A stretch of DNA of 64,000 bases from positions 800,001 through 864,000 of the forward strand of contig OZ220732.1 of the NCBI GenBank assembly GCA_965116905.1, read 5' to 3'. The position numbers and the translations under genes were made by a program. Source of the DNA: Longimicrobiales bacterium. Its GTDB lineage: Bacteria; Gemmatimonadota; Gemmatimonadetes; Longimicrobiales; Gaopeijiaceae. The notes beneath the pieces were generated by a model. That model searched no databases. It was not told where the DNA came from and worked only from the letters and a program-made list of their open reading frames with translations. Of the stretch, positions 34,869-44,156 are shown one piece after another (positions within the stretch are counted from its first letter, which is position 1; each line of letters begins with the position of its first letter).

Positions 34869-36082
34869 TCGAAGGCCTGCACCAGCGCCTCCGCGTCTTC
34901 TTCCGTGTTGTAGACGTTGGGCGACACGCGGATGCTCGTGCCGCGGAACGAAACCCCGACGCGGTGACGCTCGAGGCTCGCCTTCACCCGGTCCAGCTCT
35001 GTGCCTTGCGGGAGTCCGAGTCCGAACAGGTGCGGGGAGCGCCACGGCTCGTCCTCTACCTGCACGCCCAGGCTTTGCAGCCGGGGAAACGCGTCCTGCA
35101 TGAGGGCGGCCGTGTACGCGGCCACCCGCTCCGGACGCCACTCCAGCAACAGGTTCAGCGACGCCGACAGCGCCGGAATCAGCGCGAAGTTGCTGCGCTG
35201 CCCCACGTCGAAGCGGATCGCCCCGGGCTGGTACTCGTCCTCGTACTCGACCAGGCCGGCGAAGTTCTGCGAATCGCGGCGGCCGTGCCACGTCTCCTCG
35301 AGCGGGATTCCGTCCAGATACCGGTCTCCGAACCAGGCCAGCGACAGCGAATACGGGCCCAGCAGCCACTTGTACGCGGCGACGACGAGGGCGTCGGGCT
35401 CGAGCGCGGCCACGTCGATCGGCGCGGCCCCCACGGTCTGCGTCCCGTCGAGGATCAGCGCGGCGCCGACCTCGCGGGTCTTCGCGCGGACGGCGTCCAC
35501 GTCGAAGCGGGTCCCATCGGTCCAGTGCACGGTTCCCATGGACACCGCCACGGTGCCGCGGTCGATCCGGTCCAGAATCCGGTCCGTCCATCCCGCGCCG
35601 CGCCCTCCTTCCGTCGGGGGTCGCACCACGCGTAGCTCGCCGCCCTTCTCGGCCACCAGCCGCCGCCACGGATAGACGTTGCCGGGAAACTGCTGGTGCA
35701 CGATCACGACATTGGCGCCGCGCCCGGTCTCGGTGTTGCGCGTGATCGTCGACACCGCGTACGACACCGACGGCACGGTCGCGACCTGATTCGGCTCCGG
35801 CGCCCCGATCAGCCTGGCAAAGCGCTCGCGGAGTTCGTCCGCGGGATCGAAGAAGTCCTCGGGCGAGATCGCCTGCGGGAAGCGCTTGGCCCTGAGGCCC
35901 TCGATCCCGGCACGCTCCGCCGCCCGCGGGAGCGGGCCCATGTACGCGCAGTTGATGTAGTGGAAGTCGTCCGGCAGCGAGAAGTGCGCCCGCTGGCAGG
36001 CGAGCGCAGCCGCCGCAGGCCGCCCGGGCTCCGGGGCCGGGGCCGGGGCCGCAGATCCGTCCACGCTTGTGAATCGTTTCAC
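34850..36082 (-). CDS. Class V PLP-dependent aminotransferase (cysteine desulfurase/lyase-like)
   Basis: YINCAYMGP, LDGTQTVG, AAYKWLLGP and IRVSPNVYNT. GTG start overlaps the TAXI stop. Confidence 0.85.
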   Translation of the reverse strand: MKRFTSVDGSAAPAPAPEPGRPAAAALACQRAHFSLPDDFHYINCAYMGPLPRAAERAGIEGLRAKRFPQAISPEDFFDPADELRERFARLIGAPEPNQVATVPSVSYAVSTITRNTETGRGANVVIVHQQFPGNVYPWRRLVAEKGGELRVVRPPTEGGRGAGWTDRILDRIDRGTVAVSMGTVHWTDGTRFDVDAVRAKTREVGAALILDGTQTVGAAPIDVAALEPDALVVAAYKWLLGPYSLSLAWFGDRYLDGIPLEETWHGRRDSQNFAGLVEYEDEYQPGAIRFDVGQRSNFALIPALSASLNLLLEWRPERVAAYTAALMQDAFPRLQSLGVQVEDEPWRSPHLFGLGLPQGTELDRVKASLERHRVGVSFRGTSIRVSPNVYNTEEDAEALVQAFEAPLGK

Positions 36083-37059
36083 AAGCCCCCCTCCCCGTTC
36101 CCCGGGTTGCCATCCACCCACCGCTGCGTGACGTCGTGCAGGGCGATCGGCGCATCACGGAGCGCGGTCATGGAGATCTGCTCGACCATTTCGTGGACCT
36201 GCGCCAGTTCGGCCCGGCCGTCCGCGAGCAGGCCGACCACGTTCTGGACAACGTCGTTCGGGACATCCGCCATGCCGATCACCCAGTTCATGATCCCAGC
36301 CGTGGGCACGGCTTCTTCGGTGCCGGGATAGCTCCCCGCCGGGATTTCACCGTGGACGTAGTACGGATAGCGCTCGCGCAGGTAGTCGATCTGCTCCGCG
36401 CCCATCGGGAGCAGGCGCGCGCCGCCGGTCGTGGTGGCCTCCAGCACCGCGGCGGCCGGGTAGCCCACCGAGATGATCGCGGCGTCCAGCGCGCCGTCCT
36501 TGAGCGCGGTGGCCGACTCGTTGAAGCTCAGGTAGCGCACCGTCACGTCGTCGTAGGTCAGCCCGTAGGCCTCGAGGATCTGGCGCGACATCTGCTCGGT
36601 GCCGCTTCCCGCCGCGCCCACCGACACCGTGCCGCCCGCGAGCTCGGCAAGCGAGGTCGCCGTGGTGCCGCGCGACACGACGATGTGCGTCATGTTCGGG
36701 TAGAGTGGCGCGAGGATCCTCAGCTCCGCGACGGCCTCGTCATAGTCCAGGCCGCCCGTCGCCGCCTCGTAGACGGTGTTGCCGGTGGCGAAGGCCAGGT
36801 CGATCTGCCGCTCCCGGAGGCGGTTGACGTTCTCCACCGAGCCGCCGCTCACTTCGGCGGTGTACTGCCGCAGCGTGTCCATGACCGAGAGGCGCGCGGC
36901 GATCGCACCCCCCAGCGGATAGTAGATCCCGCCGGTGCCGGCCGTGCCGAGGCTGAGGAACTGCTGGGGACCGGAACCCGAACAGGCGGCCAGGCCCGAG
37001 ACGGCCAGCACCGCGGCCGCAAGCAGCCCCGTGGTTCGCTTGGTGGTTGGTGATTTCAT
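36079..37059 (-). CDS. TAXI-family TRAP transporter solute-binding lipoprotein
   Basis: LAAC lipobox, GTAGTGGIYYPLG, GGSVENV and VGAAGSGTE. Confidence 0.92.
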   Translation of the reverse strand: MKSPTTKRTTGLLAAAVLAVSGLAACSGSGPQQFLSLGTAGTGGIYYPLGGAIAARLSVMDTLRQYTAEVSGGSVENVNRLRERQIDLAFATGNTVYEAATGGLDYDEAVAELRILAPLYPNMTHIVVSRGTTATSLAELAGGTVSVGAAGSGTEQMSRQILEAYGLTYDDVTVRYLSFNESATALKDGALDAAIISVGYPAAAVLEATTTGGARLLPMGAEQIDYLRERYPYYVHGEIPAGSYPGTEEAVPTAGIMNWVIGMADVPNDVVQNVVGLLADGRAELAQVHEMVEQISMTALRDAPIALHDVTQRWVDGNPGNGEGGL

Positions 37060-38948
37060 TTCCGCTCACTTTGGCGAGGGGTGATCGATTCGTCGCTTCC
37101 GGGCGGAACCCCCGCGAGGCCGGCGCCCAGGAAAAGGATCAAACCTATCCCGTCCCAGAGGAAGCCGGGTGCGATCAGCGCGAGGGCCGCCACCATCATC
37201 AGCAATCTCCGCCCTCTCCCCAAGGAACCCCTCACATGTCCGATCACCGCCCCGGCAAGCGCGATGACCCCGATCAGCGCAGACACCGTCGTGGTGACGA
37301 TCTCCGTCGCCGACCCGTCCAGGATCAGCGCGGGCGCGTAGACGAACATGAACGGCACGAGGAAGCCGGCCGACGCGAGTCCCATGGCGGTCCACGCCGT
37401 CTTCAGGGGCGGCGAGCCCGAGATTCCCGCGGCGGCGTACGCGGCGAGCGAGACGGGGGGCGTCACGTTCGAGATGCAGCCGAAGTAGAAGATGAAGAGG
37501 TGCGCGGCCAGGAGGGGCACGCCGAGTTCGACCAGCGCGGGCGCGCCGAGGGCGGCGAGGACGACGTAGGCGGCGGTGGTCGGCAGCCCCATGCCCAGCA
37601 CGATCGAGCCCAGGGCGGTCAGGATCAGGGCGACGAGCAGATTGCCCTGCGAGACGACCACGATCAGCTCGGACATCCGCAGCCCGATGCCGGTCAGCGA
37701 CGCGACGCCGACCACAATGCCGGCCGCGGCGCAGGCTGCCGCCACCTGGACCGCCCCCGAGGCCGCCCGCCGCAGCGAACGCGCGATCTTGGCGAGCCCG
37801 GGTCGCGTGTGGGGGAAGGCGTACGCGGCCAGCACCGACGTGACGACGCCCCAGAAGGCGGCCCGCATGGGCGATCGTCCCAGCGCGAGCATCAGGACGA
37901 TGATCAGCACGGGGATGAGCAGGTGTATGCGCCTGGCGATCTCCTCCGCCCGGCCCGTGGCGCTGCCTTCGAGCCCCACCTTGGTGGCGCGGAAGTGGAT
38001 GGCCCACAGGAGGGCCGTGTAGTAGAGGATGGCGGGGATCGCGGCCGAGAGCGCCACGGTTGCGTACGGGATGTTGGTCCAGGTCGCCAGGATGAAGGCG
38101 CCCGCGCCCATGACCGGGGGCATCAGCTGGCCGCCGGTGCTGGCCGCGGCCTCGATCGCGCCGGCGAAGAAGCGCCGGAATCCGGACCGGCGCATGAGGG
38201 GGATGGTGAAGGTCCCGGTCGTGACGACGTTCGCCACCGCGCTTCCCGACAGCGAGCCCATGAACGCGCTCGCCACCGCCGCCGTCTTCGCGGGGCCGCC
38301 CCGGGTGCGGCCGGCCACGCGGTCCGCAAGCGCGATCAGCAGACCGCCGCCGCCCGCGACGTCGAGGAACGCGCCGAAAAGCACGAAGAGGTAGACGAAA
38401 TCGGCGGATACGCCCAGGGGGACGCCCCAGATTCCCTCCGTGGACAGGTAGAGCTGCTCGATCAGGCGCCCGGGTCCGTACCCGCGGTGAGCGAGCACGC
38501 CCGGCAGCCAGGGTCCGGCAAGCGCATACAGCAGCGCGCCGCTGGCGACCACGACCAGGCCCCACCCGGTCGCGCGCCGGGCCAGGAGCAGCACCCCGGC
38601 GACCAGCACCGCCCCCGTCGCCAGGTCGAGGGTCGTCGGGCTGCCCGAACGCGCCACCAGCGCTTCGTTCTGGGAGACGAGGTAGAGGGCGCAGGTGACC
38701 AGGACGGTGCCGAAGACCGCGTTGAAGATCCATCCCCACTTCGATTTGGGGAGCGCCCGGACCCCGACGCCCAGGAACGCGAGCGAGGCCATGAGGGCGA
38801 GGTGCACGGGTCGCTGGACGAGCGCGGTGAAGGGCGAGAAGCCGGCGCCAAAGAGGTGGAAGGCGGCGGCCAGCGCGGCGACGGCCAGGATCGCGCGCGC
38901 ACGGAGCGAGCCGCGGGGATCCCTGGCTTCGGCGGAAGCTGCGGTCAA
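37056..38948 (-). CDS. TRAP transporter fused permease (TAXI type)
   Basis: GGPAKTAAVAS, SGSAVANVVTTGTFTIP, ASTGGQLMPPVMGA, LGMGLPTTAAY and TPPVSLAAYA. Confidence 0.92.
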   Translation of the reverse strand: MTAASAEARDPRGSLRARAILAVAALAAAFHLFGAGFSPFTALVQRPVHLALMASLAFLGVGVRALPKSKWGWIFNAVFGTVLVTCALYLVSQNEALVARSGSPTTLDLATGAVLVAGVLLLARRATGWGLVVVASGALLYALAGPWLPGVLAHRGYGPGRLIEQLYLSTEGIWGVPLGVSADFVYLFVLFGAFLDVAGGGGLLIALADRVAGRTRGGPAKTAAVASAFMGSLSGSAVANVVTTGTFTIPLMRRSGFRRFFAGAIEAAASTGGQLMPPVMGAGAFILATWTNIPYATVALSAAIPAILYYTALLWAIHFRATKVGLEGSATGRAEEIARRIHLLIPVLIIVLMLALGRSPMRAAFWGVVTSVLAAYAFPHTRPGLAKIARSLRRAASGAVQVAAACAAAGIVVGVASLTGIGLRMSELIVVVSQGNLLVALILTALGSIVLGMGLPTTAAYVVLAALGAPALVELGVPLLAAHLFIFYFGCISNVTPPVSLAAYAAAGISGSPPLKTAWTAMGLASAGFLVPFMFVYAPALILDGSATEIVTTTVSALIGVIALAGAVIGHVRGSLGRGRRLLMMVAALALIAPGFLWDGIGLILFLGAGLAGVPPGSDESITPRQSERK

Positions 38949-38979
38949 AGGGGCAGCCAGACGGGCAGAGGGTGGCCGG

Positions 38980-39681
38980 CTAGACCAGAGCTCTGATCAC
39001 CGCGATCACGACCAGCACTCCGACAAGGACCATCGCGGTGGACGTCGCACTGCGCCGCTCGTCGATCACGGCCAGCCCGATGCCGGCGACGATGCAGGAC
39101 CACAGGGGGAACAGGTCGACCGCGGAGAGCATTTCGAAAAGGAAGCCCTCCGGGAGGAAGGGGAAGAAGGAGCCGACCGACAGCGTCTGTTCCACATCCA
39201 GGCTCCGCACCCGGAGGGGGTACAGGAGGACATGCCCGACCGCCGCGACTACGCCGGCGTGCGCGTTGACGCAGAGGTGCTGCCTGAAGGTCGCGCGATC
39301 TCCGCGGATGAAGACGAAGATCACGTAGGTCACGAGGGTGAAGACCAGCGGGGAGATGAGCGTGACCAGCGCGGCGCCCCCGGCGCCCACGGTGCGCATG
39401 ACCCCCGCCGGAATATCCGGCATCTGGTCCCGCTGCTCCGGCGGGACGTTGTCCCAGAGGGCCTCGAATGCCTCGGCCGGGAGCAGGAATATCGCCGCGC
39501 CGACCACGAAGGCCACGAACAGGGTCACCGGGAACCAGGCGGGATTCCGCGCGAGCGCCCGAAACAGGTCCCCCGGCTGCCCGAACACCATCCAGAGGCG
39601 GCGGACGAACGCCGGGCGGGGGGGCGGTTCCTCGACGGTGGCGTCGACGTATCTTACGGGGGCCCGGGGCGCATCGGTCAT
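38980..39681 (-). CDS. Yip1-family membrane protein
   Basis: Five TM segments, FGQPGDLF..L..P.W and DLFPLW. AGGAG RBS. Confidence 0.7.
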   Translation of the reverse strand: MTDAPRAPVRYVDATVEEPPPRPAFVRRLWMVFGQPGDLFRALARNPAWFPVTLFVAFVVGAAIFLLPAEAFEALWDNVPPEQRDQMPDIPAGVMRTVGAGGAALVTLISPLVFTLVTYVIFVFIRGDRATFRQHLCVNAHAGVVAAVGHVLLYPLRVRSLDVEQTLSVGSFFPFLPEGFLFEMLSAVDLFPLWSCIVAGIGLAVIDERRSATSTAMVLVGVLVVIAVIRALV

Positions 39682-39854
39682 GTCCGTTTCTCCTTCCTGG
39701 TCTGCCGCGATCCGCTGACTTCGGGCCGCCGGGCCGCCGTCAGGCTCGTGTCGCGACGGCATCCAACCTATGCCCCCGATTCTGGCCGGGCAATCGGATA
39801 GGGGTTATCGTTCTTGGCTGAAAAACGCATGGGGTACGACAAATTCGGCGAGGT

Positions 39855-40427
39855 GTGATGAGCTACAGGACAAACCCGGACCGCATTCTTGAGAGCATAG
39901 ATCGGGCGCGCAGCAGGGACATCGAGCGCGCGCTTTCGTTGAACGACCGCCAGGCCCGGGGCAGAGACATGGACACGGAGATTCCCGATGGGGACTCGAC
40001 CACGCCCGAGCGCATGCGGCGCCTGTTCTCGCTGATCGAGGCCGGATACAGGAAGGCCGCGCAGAGTTCGGAAATGAGGCCTCTCGCCGACCGTTTCCGG
40101 GCCATCGGCGACATCTCCCACCACATGGCGCGCGGCGACGTCAGCGTTTCGATCCACTACATCGACTCGGACCGCCACGACGATGTCGGCGTGGTCCCGT
40201 TCGAGATCATCCCGAAACACCTCGAAGACGCGAAGAAGGAGACGCGCACCTCGAGGCCCGATGTCAACGCGATCAAGGTCCTGCGGCTGCGGCTCCGGGA
40301 CGGGGTGCTGGCGGCCTACCGCAAGATCGACCCGCGCCTCCGCGATGCCCTCAAGGATCGCGCCGACATCGGCCATGTCGAGGCGGAGGTGACCATGGAC
40401 CTGCGGCCGAGCGTTCCGGTCCTGTAG
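39855..40427 (+). CDS. Hypothetical protein
   Basis: GAGG RBS and strong coding bias (MSYRTNPDRILESIDRARSRD...). No recognised family. Confidence 0.75.
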   Translation: MMSYRTNPDRILESIDRARSRDIERALSLNDRQARGRDMDTEIPDGDSTTPERMRRLFSLIEAGYRKAAQSSEMRPLADRFRAIGDISHHMARGDVSVSIHYIDSDRHDDVGVVPFEIIPKHLEDAKKETRTSRPDVNAIKVLRLRLRDGVLAAYRKIDPRLRDALKDRADIGHVEAEVTMDLRPSVPVL

Positions 40428-40493
40428 CTCCGGCTGTAGCACCAGCTGTAGCTTCGGCTGTAGCACCAGCTGTAGCTCCGGCACCAGCTCCGG
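40422..40493. repeat. 12-bp tandem repeat (about x6, alternating variants) starting at a stop codon
   Basis: CTGTAGCTCCGG / CTGTAGCACCAG / CTGTAGCTTCGG / CTGTAGCACCAG / CTGTAGCTCCGG / CACCAGCTCCGG. Confidence 0.92.
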
Positions 40494-40543
40494 CCCATCC
40501 AGCCATGTAACCGCCCCGGGGTCCGTGCGACCTTCGGGGCACG

Positions 40544-42316
40544 ATGCCCACACACGACACGCTGCTCGGCCGAATCCTCCTGGAAAGGGGGGCGCTGACC
40601 GCCTCGGTGCTCCGCGATGCCGAAGAGGACCGGGACCGCTCTGGCCGGCGGCTGGACGAGGTTCTCCTGCGCCGGGGTGTTGTGGACGAGGCGCAGGTGG
40701 CCCAGGCGTTGGCAGCGATGCTCAACCTCAGCTTCGTGGCGCCGCCGCTACGGCCGGATCCGGATGCGCTGGCCCGCGTGCAGCCGGCGGTGGCGCGCCG
40801 CAAGGGCGTCCTGCCCCTGGCCGTCGAGGGACGACGGCTCACCGTTGCGATGGCCAATCCCCTCGACACGGACGCCGTCGACGACCTCCGCTTTCAAACC
40901 GGGTGCCACGTAGAGGCGGTGGCCGCGCCGCGCTCGGCCGTCGTTCAGGGCGTGCTCGACGCGTACGGCGGCGAGCTCCCGGAGCTCCTCGAAAGCCTTG
41001 GGCGGCCAAGACGCCACGACGAGGGAAGCAGTCTGAAGGATCTGGAAGAAGAGGCCGGCGCGGCCCCGATCGTGAAGATCGTGGATCACCTCCTGCTCAG
41101 TGCCATCGACAGGCGCGCGAGCGACATTCACCTGGAAACACACGGCGCGGGTTCCAGGATCCGGTTTCGGATCGACGGAGTGCTGCACACGGCGACGGAA
41201 CTGCCGCCGGGAAGCCATCGGGCGGCCATCTCCCGCGTCAAGGTCATGGCCGGGCTGGACATCTCGATCCGGCGGCGCCCCCAGGACGGCGGATTCACGG
41301 TCAGGAAGCGGAACACCAAGCTCACGGTGCGCGTGTCCACCATCCCCACGCTGGGTGGCGAAAAGGCCGTACTGCGCGTGCTGGATCCGGGCGACGCGCC
41401 GCGCGACCTGTCGTTCCTCGGGATGGCCGCGCACGACCTGGACCGCCTTCGCCACCTGCTCAAGCGCCGCCAGGGAGTCCTGCTGGCGTCGGGACCCACC
41501 GGAAGCGGCAAGACTACGACACTTTCGGCCGCGGTGGCCGAGCTCGCCGCCCGAAAACTCAACATCGTGACGCTGGAGGACCCGGTCGAGTACAGGTTCG
41601 CCGGCGTCGCGCAGATGGAAATCGACCAGAAGGCGGGCGTCGACTTCCCCTCCGGGCTCCGCGCCATCCTGCGCCAGGATCCCGACGTGATTCTCGTCGG
41701 CGAGGTGCGCGACCGCGAGACCGCCGAAATCGCGATGTCGGCGGCCGTGACGGGCCACCTGGTGCTCACGACGATCCACACCGTGGACGCCCCGAGCGCC
41801 ATCACGCGGCTGCTCGAGATGGGCGTGCCGCCCTTCCTCGTGGCCGGAGGGCTCGCCGGGGTTGTCGCCCAGCGCCTGATCCGCCGCGTGTGCTCGCGAT
41901 GCGACGGCCGCGGGGGCGAATGCACCATGTGCAACGGCGGCTACCGCGGCCGCAGCGGCGTGTTCGAGGTGCTGGCCGTAGATGACGAGATCCGCGCCGC
42001 AATCAACGCCGGCGCCGCCATCACCTCGCTGCGCCACCTCGCCCGGCGAAACGGCATGGTCTCCATGGCGCGCGACGCAATGCGCCAGGTCGCCGAGGGC
42101 GTCACCACGCCGCACGAAGCGGGTCAGATCATCGCGCTTACCCAGGGTGCGACAGTCCACTGCACAAACTGCGACGCTGCGCTGCCGCCCGCGGCAGTCG
42201 GATGCACCATGTGCGGGCGTCCTCGCGCACAAGCCTGCGCCTGCGGGGAAGCCCTCGACCCGCGCTGGAGGTACTGTCCCGCATGCCAGCGCCCGGCTGC
42301 GCCGGTGCGCGGCTAG
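40544..42316 (+). CDS. GspE/PilB family secretion ATPase with C-terminal double zinc ribbon
   Basis: N-terminal GSPII_E-like domain, ASDIHLE, GPTGSGKTTT, TLEDPVE, LRQDPDVILVGEVRD, TGHLVLTTIH and a C-terminal CxxC cluster. Confidence 0.9.
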   Translation: MPTHDTLLGRILLERGALTASVLRDAEEDRDRSGRRLDEVLLRRGVVDEAQVAQALAAMLNLSFVAPPLRPDPDALARVQPAVARRKGVLPLAVEGRRLTVAMANPLDTDAVDDLRFQTGCHVEAVAAPRSAVVQGVLDAYGGELPELLESLGRPRRHDEGSSLKDLEEEAGAAPIVKIVDHLLLSAIDRRASDIHLETHGAGSRIRFRIDGVLHTATELPPGSHRAAISRVKVMAGLDISIRRRPQDGGFTVRKRNTKLTVRVSTIPTLGGEKAVLRVLDPGDAPRDLSFLGMAAHDLDRLRHLLKRRQGVLLASGPTGSGKTTTLSAAVAELAARKLNIVTLEDPVEYRFAGVAQMEIDQKAGVDFPSGLRAILRQDPDVILVGEVRDRETAEIAMSAAVTGHLVLTTIHTVDAPSAITRLLEMGVPPFLVAGGLAGVVAQRLIRRVCSRCDGRGGECTMCNGGYRGRSGVFEVLAVDDEIRAAINAGAAITSLRHLARRNGMVSMARDAMRQVAEGVTTPHEAGQIIALTQGATVHCTNCDAALPPAAVGCTMCGRPRAQACACGEALDPRWRYCPACQRPAAPVRG

Positions 42317-42354
42317 AGCGCGTCGGCTGCCAGCAGGCCGTAGCGCCTCGGCTG

Positions 42355-43461
42355 CTAGGCCTCGAACACCTGCTTGCGCGTCGTCAGCGATTCGATTCGG
42401 TCTGTCCGCGGACGTACGCCGATCCCGGGCCCCTCTGGGACGGGCATCATGCCGTCGACCATCTCGAATTCAGGCGTGACGAGGTCCTCGGCCCAATACC
42501 GGCGCGAGTTCGATATGTCCCCGGGAAGCGTGAAGCCGGGCAGCGTTGCAAGTGCGACATTATGGGCGCGCCCAATCCCCGATTCCAGCATTCCACCGCA
42601 CCAGACGGGCCATCCGGCCGCCTTGCACACGTCGTGTATCGCCACGGACGACTTGAGGCCGCCAACGCGCCCCGGCTTGATATTGATGATGCGTCCGGAC
42701 CCGAGGTGAAGAGCAAGGCGTGCATCATCCGCGGAGCGGATCGACTCGTCCAGACAAACCGGCGTGGAGATGTGCTTTTGCAATGCCGCGTGTTCGAGCA
42801 GATCCTCGTGCGAAAGCGGTTGCTCGATCATCATCAGATCATAGTCGTCCATGGCGGCCAGACGATCCAGGTCGTGTTCCAGCGAGTATGCGGAGTTGGC
42901 ATCGGACATGATCGGCACGTCGGGAAAGTGCTCACGGACGACTCGCAGCATCTCGACATCGCGCCCGGGCTTGATCTTGATCTTGATCTTCCGATAGCCC
43001 TCGCGCTTGTATCCCGCAACCTTGTCCAACAGCTCCCGGTCGGTCTTCTGAATGCCTATCGAAACACCCACCGGCACCGCGTCGACGGTTCCGCCCAACA
43101 ACTCCGCCAGGGACACGTTCCGGCGTTTTGCTTCAAGGTCCCAGCCCGCCATCTCCACAGCGGCCCTGGCCATGGGATGGCCGCGCAGCCACGGCACAAT
43201 CTCCAAGTGCCGGGCATCGTCGAACTCGGTGCCCACCAGCGCCGGCAGCAGCCACCGTGTCAGGACATGCCACGCCGTCTCCGTGGTCTCGTAGGTATAC
43301 CCCGGCGTGTCCCCCGTCACGCACTCCGACCAGGCCTCGATGCCGCCGGATTCCAATGTCAACAGGAGGATGCGCCGCGCTTGCGTGCCGCCACTGCTGA
43401 TTTCGAAGAATTCACGCAGTTCGAGAGGCACTTCGCGCAAGACCGCCCGGTCGATTCTCAT
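42355..43461 (-). CDS. menC: o-succinylbenzoate synthase / N-acylamino acid racemase (enolase superfamily)
   Basis: KIKIKPG, DANSAY, IEQPL, LDESI, NIKPGRVGG, WCGGMLESGIGR and PGDIS. Confidence 0.85.
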   Translation of the reverse strand: MRIDRAVLREVPLELREFFEISSGGTQARRILLLTLESGGIEAWSECVTGDTPGYTYETTETAWHVLTRWLLPALVGTEFDDARHLEIVPWLRGHPMARAAVEMAGWDLEAKRRNVSLAELLGGTVDAVPVGVSIGIQKTDRELLDKVAGYKREGYRKIKIKIKPGRDVEMLRVVREHFPDVPIMSDANSAYSLEHDLDRLAAMDDYDLMMIEQPLSHEDLLEHAALQKHISTPVCLDESIRSADDARLALHLGSGRIINIKPGRVGGLKSSVAIHDVCKAAGWPVWCGGMLESGIGRAHNVALATLPGFTLPGDISNSRRYWAEDLVTPEFEMVDGMMPVPEGPGIGVRPRTDRIESLTTRKQVFEA

Positions 43462-43488
43462 GCGCTTGTCGTTCTCATGCGCTTGTCG
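43455..43488. repeat. 17-bp tandem duplication over the menC start codon
   Basis: TTCTCATGCGCTTGTCG x2. Confidence 0.95.
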
Positions 43489-43542
43489 ATTGTTGTCCGC
43501 CGAACGCCCTAAAGCGATCGGCACGCTGTCGGGGACAGAACC

Positions 43543-44013
43543 CTATTCGTCCCCGCCGCTCGACTCGGCGCTGGCGTCGCCGGCTGCCCGCGCGGCGGCC
43601 TCGGCCTTGAGGCGATCGCGCCTGCGCACGGAATGAAGACCGGTCAACAACGAGGTCTTCGACTTGGACCGCACACCGCCCTGGACCAGCGCATCCCGGA
43701 TCTGCGGCACGGTGTAACCGTCACCATAGATCGAGATGAACTTGCGATAGGCAAACGTTGGCCCCATGCCCTTGAAGGTTCCGGCCGGCACATCCGGGTG
43801 GCCCGCACCGGCACTCTGGCGCCGCTTTCTCCGCTTACGGACGGGTGCGCGCTTTGGTGCTGCCCTGCTTGCCGGCTTCCGGTCGACTCCGAGCAGTGTC
43901 TTGAGGCCGGCGATCGTGTTGCGAAGCGCCTCGCCGCGCTTCTCGTGGTTGGCCAACTCCGCCTCGGCCTGTTTGAGCGCCATGCGGTAGTCGTTCCGTG
44001 TTCTTGCATCCAT
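43543..44013 (-). CDS. Small basic hypothetical protein (coiled coil + K/R-rich linker + helical C-domain)
   Basis: AAGGAG RBS before ATG 44013. Contains MALKQAEAELANHEKRGEALRNTIAGLKTLL, PVRKRRKRRQ and YTVPQIRDALVQGGV. Confidence 0.7.
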   Translation of the reverse strand: MDARTRNDYRMALKQAEAELANHEKRGEALRNTIAGLKTLLGVDRKPASRAAPKRAPVRKRRKRRQSAGAGHPDVPAGTFKGMGPTFAYRKFISIYGDGYTVPQIRDALVQGGVRSKSKTSLLTGLHSVRRRDRLKAEAAARAAGDASAESSGGDE

Positions 44014-44156
44014 TAACCAGTGTGCTCCTTCGGGTTGTGTGGAGTTCGCACCGATACCGTGTCCACCCTGTCGGGGAACCCTTTGTGGGAAGCGGATTAT
44101 AGGACTTTGTACGGTGAAGCACAATGCCAGGCTTTTCCGTTCCGGCTCCGTGTCGC

